Source of the DNA: a virus | Lineage: Duplodnaviria > Heunggongvirae > Uroviricota > Caudoviricetes | Virus record (IMG/VR): IMGVR_UViG_3300042868_003731 | Span: 89,967-153,966 of that record | Strand: one strand, 5' to 3' | Length of the DNA stretch: 64,000 nt | Shown: positions 8,786 through 17,303 of the stretch, piece after piece | Layout of the letters: every line of letters begins with the position of its first letter | Position numbering within the stretch: the stretch's first letter is position 1 | Position numbers and translations under genes: made by a program | The notes under the pieces: model-generated | Told to the model about the DNA's origin: nothing | The model's input: the letters and a program-made list of their open reading frames with translations, nothing else | The model's database searches: none

Positions 8786-9167
8786 TTTTGTAAAGTCTGC
8801 ATCTCATAATAAGAAGGATCTTATCCGTGAGGCAGACTATCCAGAACAAGCTGAGAAGCAGTATGTTCCGTTTATTGTAAACCGAGCATTCGCTGCCTTT
8901 GAAGATAGTATACTACATGCTAACACGATGAATATCAATCATCATCTATTCAAAGACGCGCAGTACCGGTATTATCTCGGTGCCCTGCGTCCACGCAATC
9001 GTTTTTCAAAATGGCTCAAGGAAGAGAAGAACCCAGACCTTGATGCAATTCAGGAACACTACTCGGTGAACAGAACCGTCGCAAAGATGTATCTGAAAGT
9101 TATGTCTAAGGAAGACCTGGTTAAGCTTCATAAGAGATTCAACAAAGGTGGAGAAGCTAAATTATAA
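8760..9167 (+). CDS. 62: Clamp loader small subunit gp62
   Basis: PFDFVKS, YVPFIVNRAF, QYRYYL..LRPRNRFSKWLK; AAGGA RBS before ATG 8760. Confidence 0.88.
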   Translation: MPQDLTPFDFVKSASHNKKDLIREADYPEQAEKQYVPFIVNRAFAAFEDSILHANTMNINHHLFKDAQYRYYLGALRPRNRFSKWLKEEKNPDLDAIQEHYSVNRTVAKMYLKVMSKEDLVKLHKRFNKGGEAKL

Positions 9168-9170
9168 ATA
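9163..9170 (+). promoter_or_regulatory. T4-type late promoter upstream of regA
   Basis: Exact TATAAATA, 59 nt before the regA start. Confidence 0.7.
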
Positions 9171-9228
9171 CTCGGATGGTCTTTATGAGCATCATCGCAA
9201 TAATAATAACTATAAAGGTGAACTCATC

Positions 9229-9633
9229 ATGGAGAAAGACTTATTCCGAGGGGTTGGCGTAGAGATAACACTTCCGAATCCTGATAACTTTCTTAAGATA
9301 AAAGAAACGTTAACTCGTATTGGTATATCCTCGAAAAAAGAAAAGAAACTATATCAGTCCTGCCATATTCTACACAAGCAAGGGCGCTATGCGATTCTTC
9401 ACTTTAAAGAACTGTTTATACTTGACGGTAAAGAGAATACTTTTGCTGACGAAGATAGATCTAGAAGAAACACTGTAATAAACCTCCTAGAAGAATGGGA
9501 TCTACTTAAGATAGTCGACCCATCCAAGTCTGAAGATCCGGTTGCTCCACTTAGCCAGATAAAGATACTATCGCATAAAGAAAAAGATGAATGGATATTA
9601 GAACCAAAGTATAATATCGGAAAAAAGAAGTAA
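9229..9633 (+). CDS. regA: Translational repressor RegA
   Basis: FLKIKETLTRIGISS..KKLYQSCHILHKQGRYAILHFKELF.LDG signature. Start moved to ATG 9229. Confidence 0.95.
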   Translation: MEKDLFRGVGVEITLPNPDNFLKIKETLTRIGISSKKEKKLYQSCHILHKQGRYAILHFKELFILDGKENTFADEDRSRRNTVINLLEEWDLLKIVDPSKSEDPVAPLSQIKILSHKEKDEWILEPKYNIGKKK

Positions 9634-9649
9634 TTTAAGGAATTATATT

Positions 9650-10159
9650 ATGAAGGCGTTTCGTTTAAATAAAAAAGCAGAACTACCAAAGTTTTCTACG
9701 ACCGGTTCTGCTTGCTTTGATATTAAAGCATGTTTTGATAATAACAGCAAGATCACGTACTACAATGCTCTAAATAAAGAATCTGTATCACATGCGCGTG
9801 TTATCAATAATAAAGTATGCGTGCAGTTGTATCCAATGCAGAAAATGTTAATACCAACTGGTCTTATCTTTGATATTCCAGAAGGTCACGTCCTAAAGAT
9901 ATATCCGAGATCCGGTTCGTCGCTAAAAAAGAGTCTAGTTCTTGCGAATGGAACCGGTATTATAGATTCCGATTATGTAGAAGAAACATATGTGATTCTA
10001 CAGAATACATCGGATGCAGTAGTCATCATCGAGGATGGCGAACGCATTGCGCAGGCAATGCTTGAGAAGACTTTGGTGTATACCATCGAAGAAGTAGAAG
10101 AGAGACCGTCTCAGAAGACGGAAAGAAACGGAGGTTTCGGAAGCACCGGGATCTCTTAA
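9650..10159 (+). CDS. dut: Trimeric dUTPase
   Basis: Motifs GSACFDI, IYPRSGS, GIIDSDY, ERIAQ and RNGGFGSTG. Confidence 0.95.
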   Translation: MKAFRLNKKAELPKFSTTGSACFDIKACFDNNSKITYYNALNKESVSHARVINNKVCVQLYPMQKMLIPTGLIFDIPEGHVLKIYPRSGSSLKKSLVLANGTGIIDSDYVEETYVILQNTSDAVVIIEDGERIAQAMLEKTLVYTIEEVEERPSQKTERNGGFGSTGIS

Positions 10160-10182
10160 CACGCAACACACAGGAGAACAAG

Positions 10183-10404
10183 ATGACCACTAAGAACCCA
10201 TTCGAGATCCGCGCAGAGATCCTTCAGCTTGCCAAGGATTATATGGATCAAAGCTATCATATGAATTTGAATTTCATGCAAAAGTCCATGGAAGAAGGTA
10301 GAAAGACCTTCGAAGAATATCAAGAAGCCGCAAAAATGTATTCTACTGACGACCTTATGAAGAAGGCTCAGGAAATGTACACCTTTGTTTCTAAGAAGGA
10401 CTAA
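10183..10404 (+). CDS. Small conserved hypothetical phage protein
   Basis: AGGAG RBS; KNPFEIR.EIL.LAKDY...KAQEMYTFVSKK. Confidence 0.6.
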   Translation: MTTKNPFEIRAEILQLAKDYMDQSYHMNLNFMQKSMEEGRKTFEEYQEAAKMYSTDDLMKKAQEMYTFVSKKD

Positions 10405-10407
10405 TAT

Positions 10408-11013
10408 ATGACAGAGAAACATCACGCACCAAAGGATGTTTCTGATAGGATCGCGTTGGGCTTTACAAAGGCCCTTCGCTTTATTGCGGATACCTTCTTT
10501 AAAAAGAGATACGGTCATCGAGCTGTGGTTCTAGAGACCGTGGCGGCAGTACCAGGAATGGTCGCGGGCGCAGGATTGCATCTTAAATCTTTGCGCACAA
10601 TGAAAGACGATCGAGGTTGGATTAAAGAACTTTTAGATGAAGCAGATAACGAACGTATGCATCTTATGACATTCGTTGAACTCGCAAAACCAAATATGTT
10701 TGAGCGTATCATCATCTTAATCGCACAGGCAATCTTTGTTGGTTTCTATGCAATCGTATATTTCTTTTTTCCAAAGACTGCACATCGCATCATTGGTTAC
10801 TTTGAAGAAGAAGCCGTTCGATCCTATACAGAGTTTCTTTCTGAGATAGACAGCGGAAAGATACAGAACGTTCCGGCTCCAAGGATCGCAATTGATTATT
10901 GGAAGCTGCCAGAAGACGCAACTCTACGTGACGTTGTTCTCGTAGTAAGAGAAGATGAAGCAGGTCACAGGGATAGAAATCATGAAATGGCTGATGAACT
11001 TAATCACAAGTAA
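10408..11013 (+). CDS. aox: Alternative oxidase (AOX, di-iron ubiquinol oxidase)
   Basis: RYGHRAVVLETVAAVPGM, LLDEADNERMHLMTF, GYFEEEAVRSY, PAPRIAIDYWKLP and VREDEAGHRDRNH. All iron-ligand motifs are present. Confidence 0.95.
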   Translation: MTEKHHAPKDVSDRIALGFTKALRFIADTFFKKRYGHRAVVLETVAAVPGMVAGAGLHLKSLRTMKDDRGWIKELLDEADNERMHLMTFVELAKPNMFERIIILIAQAIFVGFYAIVYFFFPKTAHRIIGYFEEEAVRSYTEFLSEIDSGKIQNVPAPRIAIDYWKLPEDATLRDVVLVVREDEAGHRDRNHEMADELNHK

Positions 11014-11077
11014 TATTCATAAAGATATGAGCACGCACAGAATTCATACAACAAAGTATGAAGACCTATGCATGTGA

Positions 11078-11085
11078 TATAAATA
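11078..11085 (+). promoter_or_regulatory. T4-type late promoter upstream of hsp20
   Basis: Exact intergenic TATAAATA. Confidence 0.75.
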
Positions 11086-11088
11086 AAT

Positions 11089-11170
11089 GCGGAGATGCCA
11101 ATCGGGTCTCCGCTTTTATAAACCGGTCAGATGACGGTTAAACACAACTCGCTTTAATAAGGAGAAAGAT
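11089..11170 (+). promoter_or_regulatory. Structured 5' leader of hsp20 (two hairpins before the RBS)
   Basis: GCGGAGA/TCTCCGC stem at 11089-11113, AACC-GTC/GAC-GGTT stem at 11121-11139, then ACAACTCGCTTTAATAAGGAGA. Confidence 0.5.
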
Positions 11171-11617
11171 ATGAATACTCGTAGAATAAACCTAGATCTA
11201 TTAAATGATCCATTCTTCATTGGTTTTGACTCGTTCTTAGATAAGTTCGATCAAATTAATAAATCCAATGCATCAAACTATCCACCATACAATTTAATTA
11301 AAACGGGCGAAGATACATTTCTAATTGAACTTGCTGTCGCAGGTTTTAACGAGAAAGACTTTGACGTAGAACTGCATAACAGTATTCTTACTATTCGTGC
11401 TGAAGTCGCCGAAAACGAAACAGTCACGAACTACCTTCATAAAGGGATCGCAGCAAGAAGCTTTATTCGTAAGTTTACTCTAGCGGACACGATTGAAGTA
11501 AGCAGTGTATCTCTTGAGAACGGTATGCTCAGAGTTCAATTGCTCAACGTGATACCTGAGGAAAAGAAACCAAAGAAAATTCCAATTGCAAGTAATAAAG
11601 AACTTCTTTTAGAGTGA
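11171..11617 (+). CDS. hsp20: Small heat-shock protein Hsp20 (IbpA-like)
   Basis: NYPPYNLIK, IELAVAGF, YLHKGIAARSF.R.FTLAD and LENGML. Confidence 0.95.
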   Translation: MNTRRINLDLLNDPFFIGFDSFLDKFDQINKSNASNYPPYNLIKTGEDTFLIELAVAGFNEKDFDVELHNSILTIRAEVAENETVTNYLHKGIAARSFIRKFTLADTIEVSSVSLENGMLRVQLLNVIPEEKKPKKIPIASNKELLLE

Positions 11618-11620
11618 ATG

Positions 11621-11647
11621 AAAAAGGGAGCGAAAGCTCCCTTTTTT
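11621..11647. terminator. Bidirectional rho-independent terminator
   Basis: AAAAAGGGAGC-GAAA-GCTCCCTTTTTT between the convergent hsp20 and tape-measure-like genes. Confidence 0.9.
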
Positions 11648-13514
11648 ATTGCGCGCCGGATGGGCGTGATAGAAAGTCTAGATCGGATCTGCTAGACCCA
11701 ATCACATTCACGGTTGTTGCAGGGCTTCCACCGTTAATGCTTGAACTGGTTACACTGTTATCGCTATTGTCTACATTGACATTAACTTGCTGAGCACCGC
11801 CGCCTGCTCCAGCGCCATTCACAGTTGCTATACCACTTACGGTATCTTCTGAGACAACACCCGAGAGAGCTTGTCTTAACATTACGATATTCTTAATAGC
11901 AGTATCGTAATCAACATCCGGAGAAGCTAGCCCTTTGATCGCGGCGCCAAAGATATATCCGCCTTCTTCTCCCATGATCGCGGCTTCTATAATAGGAACT
12001 GCTTCCTTAAGATCTTCAGCAAACTCTCTTATTCTAAGTTTTTTCCCATCAAACTGAAGTTGGCCGATCTTATCTAGAGATACGGTCAATCTATCTAATG
12101 CGTCTGCTCCTTGAGTAAGCTCATCGGCATTATCCGCCAATTTCATGAGCTGTTCAAATGGGCTATCAACACCGAAGAATGAAAGGACAGCCGTGACCGC
12201 GTTGGCCATCGTTCCTACAAAGTTACCTGCGGCAAATGCTGTAAGACCAGCGCCAATACCAACCATCGATAAGAAAAACTTGCTGCTTTCTCCAATAAAA
12301 GTATCATCTCCAGGAAGTGAGTCGCCAATAGAAAGAAGCGCAAGCACGTCACTCTTGATCTTAAGTGCCCAATCTTCATCATTCATTAAGGCAGACAGGC
12401 CTGAAATCGCACTACCTGCACTAAAGACTGCAAGACCTGTTCCTATGCCAGTCATGGCTGCTAGGAACGTACCAGTTTCACCGAATGCTTCAGTTGTGCC
12501 GCCAAGAGAATCTTCTATCGACATTAATATTCCAACGTCGTCTTTGATCTTTTGCGCCCAGTCTGTGTTGTTTATTAATTCTGCTATACCTACGCCAGCC
12601 GAACCTGCCCCAAACAATGCAAGACCTGCTGCGATACCACTCATGACTGCCAGGAAAGTACCGGTTTCACCGAATGATTCTAGTTTACCACCAAGAGAAT
12701 CAGAAATAGATAGTAATGTTAGGACGTTATTCTTGGTATTTTGCGCCCACTCTTCTCCACCGCCGAACCGCGCAAGCACTTCGCCAATGCCAGCAATTCC
12801 ACTGCCAATGCCGAATGCTGCAAGACCGAGAGCCAGCCCAGTCATCGCCAAACCAAACGTTCCGCCTGTAAGAAGAAAATCTATATTGCCTCCAGCGGCG
12901 TCAGAAATTGATAGTAGAGTTAATACATTATCTTTTACACTCTGAGCCCAGTTATCTACACCTAAGTAATTATTTAAGGCGTCAGCCAATCCGGCCGCTG
13001 CACTACCAACTCCGAACGATGCTAAACCTATACCGATACCTGTCATTGCAGCTGCAAATAAGCCACCTTCTGCAAAGAACTGTAACATTCCAGCCGAGAA
13101 GGATTCAGAAATAGAGAAAAGCTCTAATACGTTTTCTTTTACTTTTGCACCATCAAAATCTTCAAGCGCTTGTAAAAAATAACCCCCACCAGCTAGCAAT
13201 GCACCGATACCAAGACCAGCTGCCCCAACACCCATGCCGATGCCAGACGCAGCGCTTCCTATTCCGCTTCCAATCCCCGATGCTACATTACCAACACTAG
13301 ATACTGCGCTGCCTATACCAGTTCCTATACTGCCAATCCCAGATAAAGCTCCACCTAAAGAGCTTCTATTTGCGCTCCCAAGCTGTGATGCCCTTTGTTG
13401 CGATGCAGACATACCTTGCTGTAAAACAAGTATGTTTGACAACACGGAGCTCTGACCAGAGATGTTCGTGTTAATAGATTCTAGGACTATTTTTAGGTCG
13501 TCTAATGTTGCCAT
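11646..13514 (-). CDS. Tape-measure-like / gp29-like baseplate hub protein
   Basis: 622 aa, Ala/Gly-rich amphipathic helical protein with five repeats of about 65 aa. It lies directly after gp26 and gp51; length is similar to T4 gp29. Confidence 0.6.
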   Translation of the reverse strand: MATLDDLKIVLESINTNISGQSSVLSNILVLQQGMSASQQRASQLGSANRSSLGGALSGIGSIGTGIGSAVSSVGNVASGIGSGIGSAASGIGMGVGAAGLGIGALLAGGGYFLQALEDFDGAKVKENVLELFSISESFSAGMLQFFAEGGLFAAAMTGIGIGLASFGVGSAAAGLADALNNYLGVDNWAQSVKDNVLTLLSISDAAGGNIDFLLTGGTFGLAMTGLALGLAAFGIGSGIAGIGEVLARFGGGEEWAQNTKNNVLTLLSISDSLGGKLESFGETGTFLAVMSGIAAGLALFGAGSAGVGIAELINNTDWAQKIKDDVGILMSIEDSLGGTTEAFGETGTFLAAMTGIGTGLAVFSAGSAISGLSALMNDEDWALKIKSDVLALLSIGDSLPGDDTFIGESSKFFLSMVGIGAGLTAFAAGNFVGTMANAVTAVLSFFGVDSPFEQLMKLADNADELTQGADALDRLTVSLDKIGQLQFDGKKLRIREFAEDLKEAVPIIEAAIMGEEGGYIFGAAIKGLASPDVDYDTAIKNIVMLRQALSGVVSEDTVSGIATVNGAGAGGGAQQVNVNVDNSDNSVTSSSINGGSPATTVNVIGSSRSDLDFLSRPSGAQ

Positions 13515-13522
13515 GTCTTGGC

Positions 13523-13690
13523 CTACTTTCTCTTTTCTTCTTCTTTCTTAATGTAGTCCACTAAAAGATCGTAGTATAGATCTCTTTCAAAAGGCATAGA
13601 ACTTTCAATATCAAACATACTGTATTTGTGGTGTTGAACCATACCAAACATCTTATTATAATATATGGACAGGTTTGTATGACTCAACAT
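13523..13690 (-). CDS. 51: Baseplate hub assembly protein gp51 (55 aa, absent from the ORF track)
   Basis: Hand translation MLSHTNLSIYYNKMFGMVQHHKYSMFDIESSMPFERDLYYDLLVDYIKKEEEKRK; TAATG overlap with the gp26 stop. Confidence 0.8.
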   Translation of the reverse strand: MLSHTNLSIYYNKMFGMVQHHKYSMFDIESSMPFERDLYYDLLVDYIKKEEEKRK

Positions 13691-14391
13691 TAGATAAAAA
13701 AAGTTTGGGTTCCTTGTATTACGAAAGTCTTATCTTCGCCTGCTCTATTTCTATACGGTATCTCGTGTCTTATCTTAGGAATTGTATCAAAGAATTCTTT
13801 AAGCTTCTTAACGGAATCTGCGTGAAGACTCTCAACAAAAGTGTCTACTTCTTTTTTCGTAAAGTCTTTAAAGTTATACACTTCTTCTTCTGATACTAAT
13901 CTATCCATGCAAGATAGCATTATTTCTAAGTTCTTTTCAGCGCTTGGTTTCTCTTGCGTTAAGAAGTCAAAGAATACATCTATGCTAGGATACTTTAAGA
14001 ATAGAGTATATGTGTCATTAAGTTTTATTCTATTCGTATGTTTATCGTCTCTTTCTACCTTAACGTTATTTAGATCCAATTCGAGCTGCACCTCGTCTTT
14101 TGTATCCGGATCTTCGATCTTAAACTTTACGATGTTATCGATCGACTTCGCTCTTATATTAATAAGAAGATACTCTAGATCAAACAACGCAAGATCTTCG
14201 ATGTCGTAATCAATTAAACAGTTATTCACGACTTGTTTCACTGAGTTTATAATCTGTGCCGGATCTTGAGTCTCTTGAGCGATGAGAAGTATCTTTTCTT
14301 CCTTTACAGTGAAGGGTCTAAACTTAACTTTCTTATCGTTCGACGGAAGTTTAAGTTCGTATATAGGTAGGGTAATCTTAGGTAGCGCCAT
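13690..14391 (-). CDS. 26: Baseplate hub subunit gp26
   Basis: MALPKITLPIYELKLPS..VKFRPFTVKEEKILL, DLEYL.INIRAKS and G.QTFF ending. Confidence 0.9.
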   Translation of the reverse strand: MALPKITLPIYELKLPSNDKKVKFRPFTVKEEKILLIAQETQDPAQIINSVKQVVNNCLIDYDIEDLALFDLEYLLINIRAKSIDNIVKFKIEDPDTKDEVQLELDLNNVKVERDDKHTNRIKLNDTYTLFLKYPSIDVFFDFLTQEKPSAEKNLEIMLSCMDRLVSEEEVYNFKDFTKKEVDTFVESLHADSVKKLKEFFDTIPKIRHEIPYRNRAGEDKTFVIQGTQTFFI

Positions 14392-14406
14392 ATCATAGTC
14401 TCCTTA

Positions 14407-15204
14407 TTATCTAAAAATATTTCCAATATTGCTCAGACCGGTTTTTATCTGAGACAATGAATTGTTCACATTTATGAGCTTTGTGTTAAAATTAGTGAAT
14501 GAGTTAATTGCATCTTGAACAGAAGTCGGCAGGTTACCTTGGTTTATAAGTTGACCTGTTGTGCCAATTCTGTTGATTAGTTCTAAGAAGCCGTTTCCTC
14601 TATTATTTCTTTCAGAGTAAGTACCTGGTTTAAAACCAGATACACTTAGATGCGAGTATGCAAAGTTGACTGTAGCTGTTGCGTATGAATCGGTGTCTGA
14701 CCAAGATAGAGTTTCTCCAGATATCTCTGTTGGAAACGCGTCCTCGAGAACATACTCATAGTAACCGTTTGAGTCTGTGCTATAGCTTCGTATTACAATA
14801 CGAGTCGATATGTCCTTTACGTACCCAACTTCATACGGAAGCTGATCGTTAACTGAATTATACCCACCTCTAGTATAGTCAAAGTTTATAACACTTTGTA
14901 ACCATTGGTGAAAAAAGCGCAATACTTGATGATCCGAGTCCAACATAAAGACTGCATTAAATGGCGAGTGCGTCATCTGTGTTGGGATGGATTGTCTTAC
15001 GCCGAACCCGTTTGGAAAGTTATCAGTGACCGCAACGTTTACTCCAGGCGCCTGCGCAGTTTGACAAAAGAATCTTAAATCACGCAGAGACATTCCGTTA
15101 TTAAATGGCGGCACGTTCATAATCTCAACAACAAACAAATTCTTACGGGCTGGTCCACCGTACTTATTCATTGTGCTCTTAAACTCGTTTATATTGAATG
15201 GCAT
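14407..15204 (-). CDS. Tail-tube-fold baseplate protein (gp54/gp19-like tube initiator)
   Basis: GGPARKNLFVVEI, LRFFCQTAQAPG, F..W...I and AFPTEI....LSW; position between gp2 and gp26. Confidence 0.7.
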   Translation of the reverse strand: MPFNINEFKSTMNKYGGPARKNLFVVEIMNVPPFNNGMSLRDLRFFCQTAQAPGVNVAVTDNFPNGFGVRQSIPTQMTHSPFNAVFMLDSDHQVLRFFHQWLQSVINFDYTRGGYNSVNDQLPYEVGYVKDISTRIVIRSYSTDSNGYYEYVLEDAFPTEISGETLSWSDTDSYATATVNFAYSHLSVSGFKPGTYSERNNRGNGFLELINRIGTTGQLINQGNLPTSVQDAINSFTNFNTKLINVNNSLSQIKTGLSNIGNIFR

Positions 15205-15822
15205 TTATCTTCCGCCTCTTATGATCTTTCTTGAGTCTTCCCAGACTTTAGTCTTACTTGCTCCAACGAAGTTTTCTGTCGGCAAGAAAAGTGCCATGTC
15301 CCACTCAGCTGGATTGATGTACACAAGTCTCGTTCTTACTTGTGACGCTAGGTAGTGTTTCACGGTCGGCCTGAACTCTTTGTATTGAGAAGCACCATTC
15401 AATAAACTATATGAAGCCCTTAGTTTAGTTGTTTCGTCAAAGTTATCATTTGATGTGACATTATATAACGCATCCATTAATTTAGCTCTTTGTGGCAGCG
15501 GCAAGTAGTGAAAGTTAATGCCAAGGAACCCGCCCTTTGCTTTATTTATCGGGAATATAAGAGGAAACCTATCGTAATAAGGAAGTGTTTCTTTGTGCTT
15601 TGGATCATACACAAACATGTACATATGACCGATGCGAAATCTGTTTTCGTATCGGTCAGTTCCCATTTCACGTACGAATTTTAATTCTTTATCTCTAAAC
15701 TCAGATCTTGCAATGCCGTTTGCTTGGTCGCGATACCAATCACGAGCAGCCTTTGTTCTCGCAGGAACTTGGCCGGAACGAATTCCCTTTAGGAGAAGAT
15801 CGTCAAAAACCTTTGCTGCCAT
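15205..15822 (-). CDS. 2: DNA end protector gp2
   Basis: GHMYMFVYDPKHKETLPYYDRFPLIF, GFLGINFHYLP and EWDMALFLP. Confidence 0.92.
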   Translation of the reverse strand: MAAKVFDDLLLKGIRSGQVPARTKAARDWYRDQANGIARSEFRDKELKFVREMGTDRYENRFRIGHMYMFVYDPKHKETLPYYDRFPLIFPINKAKGGFLGINFHYLPLPQRAKLMDALYNVTSNDNFDETTKLRASYSLLNGASQYKEFRPTVKHYLASQVRTRLVYINPAEWDMALFLPTENFVGASKTKVWEDSRKIIRGGR

Positions 15823-15823
15823 C

Positions 15824-16282
15824 TTACTTAATTCCTAAATGATCTTCGGTTATGATTTGAAACTGCCAACCCTTTTCGGCGCAGAACTTTCTTGCTGCTA
15901 TCCATTTTGCTTCGTTTACACCGTAGGTCTTCACTTCGTTGATGTACCTTCTTGAAACTCTGCCGGATGGCGTCGCATTCTTTTTCCTTATATCCGGTGG
16001 CTTTGTTTGAGCCTTGGGTTTTATCTCTATCATTAATGTCTCGGTAGTTCCGCTTGCGTTCTTTTTCCTTAAAACGACGTCTGGAAAATAACGATGCATT
16101 CTTCCATCTACCGGCGACACGTATGGAACAATGTATTCTTCAGAAGCCCACCATAATACGTCAGGATGTTCATCAAGGTGACGAAAGAATTTAAATTCCC
16201 ATAACGAACGATATGTAATTTTAGTCGGATCGCCGTTGTACTTCTCTGGGTGTTTTGGTCTAAATCGGCCTTTGTAGGACAT
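15824..16282 (-). CDS. 4: Head completion nuclease gp4
   Basis: YKGRFRPKHPEKY.GDP..ITYRS.WE, RYFPD, IEIKP and NEAKW.AA. Confidence 0.92.
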   Translation of the reverse strand: MSYKGRFRPKHPEKYNGDPTKITYRSLWEFKFFRHLDEHPDVLWWASEEYIVPYVSPVDGRMHRYFPDVVLRKKNASGTTETLMIEIKPKAQTKPPDIRKKNATPSGRVSRRYINEVKTYGVNEAKWIAARKFCAEKGWQFQIITEDHLGIK

Positions 16283-16298
16283 GTCTTTCCGTTTTCAA

Positions 16299-16306
16299 TA
16301 TAAATA
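16299..16306 (+). promoter_or_regulatory. Late promoter for the baseplate operon
   Basis: Exact TATAAATA in the gp4/gp48 intergenic region. Confidence 0.75.
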
Positions 16307-16323
16307 GAATCAATCTCATATCC

Positions 16324-16331
16324 TATTTATA
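16324..16331 (-). promoter_or_regulatory. Late promoter for the gp4-gp2-gp26 operon
   Basis: TATTTATA on the + strand equals TATAAATA on the - strand. Confidence 0.75.
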
Positions 16332-16341
16332 AAGGAAACGC

Positions 16342-17301
16342 GTGTTGGGAAATATAAACGACTTTCCGCAGCCAGCCATCAGAACAAGTAAAGCTTCTGC
16401 AACAATACAGAGCTTAAGGTTCCCTATTCATAATCAGGGTGCTCATAGAATGCTGATGGTTTTCAATCAGTATAAGTATGTAGCTCCGGGTCAAAGAGGA
16501 TTGAACAAACTAGGAAGTACCGGAAGAGGTAACGTCACCGGTCCAACTCCTGCTGGAAAGACCACAATAGAACTACCGCTGCCGGTAAATCTTCAAGATT
16601 CATACAACGTTCGTGTTCAAGGATACGACGCAGAACTCAGTGGTGCTCTAGTTGCCGGAGCAGCATCTCAATTTGCAGGCGCTGGAGACTTGAGCTCAGG
16701 AAACATCGCTACTGCGCTCGGCGGTGTGCTTAGTGGTTCTGGATTGGATGCAAACTCTATACTATCTCCTAACATGGGTGATATATCTAGAAACGTTGCG
16801 TTTCTCGGAAGAAGAAGCCTTCCTTCTAATCTAGGAAGAGCTGTTGACACTGGACTAGGAAACACTATTAACCCAAAGACATCACTCTACTTTGATGGTG
16901 TTAACTTAAAGCAACTAACGTTTGATTGGAACCTAGCTCCACAAGACGCTCGGGAATCCGATGTAATACGTGATATAACGAATACGATTAAGCGAAACAT
17001 GCTACCGACATACGGCACCGCCGTTGGATTTTCACAAGCTCTCTTAAACTATCCAAGCACCGTAGATATATTCCTACTGGGCGTAGACCAGCAGTACTAT
17101 ATGTACTTTAAGACATCCATGATACAGGGATTTAACGTGAGCTATACTCCACACGGCCTAGCTATCGTAAAGGGTGGAAAGCCAGCAATGGTTAGTTTGA
17201 GCATGAATCTCGTTGAAGCTGACATCCATACCGCAGAAGATTATGGTGGTGCTTCAACATTTTCACCGTCTGTTGTACAAACTAGCATAGATGAAAGATA
17301 A
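16342..17301 (+). CDS. 48: Baseplate tail-tube cap gp48
   Basis: LRFP, IELPLP..LQD, NPK..L.F.GV..K...F.W.L.P...ES..I..I and L.YP; GTG start. Confidence 0.8.
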   Translation: MLGNINDFPQPAIRTSKASATIQSLRFPIHNQGAHRMLMVFNQYKYVAPGQRGLNKLGSTGRGNVTGPTPAGKTTIELPLPVNLQDSYNVRVQGYDAELSGALVAGAASQFAGAGDLSSGNIATALGGVLSGSGLDANSILSPNMGDISRNVAFLGRRSLPSNLGRAVDTGLGNTINPKTSLYFDGVNLKQLTFDWNLAPQDARESDVIRDITNTIKRNMLPTYGTAVGFSQALLNYPSTVDIFLLGVDQQYYMYFKTSMIQGFNVSYTPHGLAIVKGGKPAMVSLSMNLVEADIHTAEDYGGASTFSPSVVQTSIDER

Positions 17302-17303
17302 AA

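Noticed and set aside
9195-9228. AATAATAATAAC run and upstream ATG 9148 as an N-terminal extension of RegA
   Set aside because: The late promoter lies inside that extension and AAAGGTG precedes ATG 9229; the A/U-rich run is more likely leader (possibly a RegA site) and too short to call.
11043-11062. CIRCE (HrcA) heat-shock operator
   Set aside because: Does not match TTAGCACTC-N9-GAGTGCTAA.
12145-12945. 266-aa plus-strand ORF opposite the tape-measure-like gene
   Set aside because: Antisense shadow of Gly/Ala-rich codons (Pro/Ala-rich product), with no expression signals.
15824-16282. TnsA-like nuclease as a transposase or homing endonuclease
   Set aside because: Sequence and position next to gp2 identify the core gp4 head-completion gene; there are no element ends.
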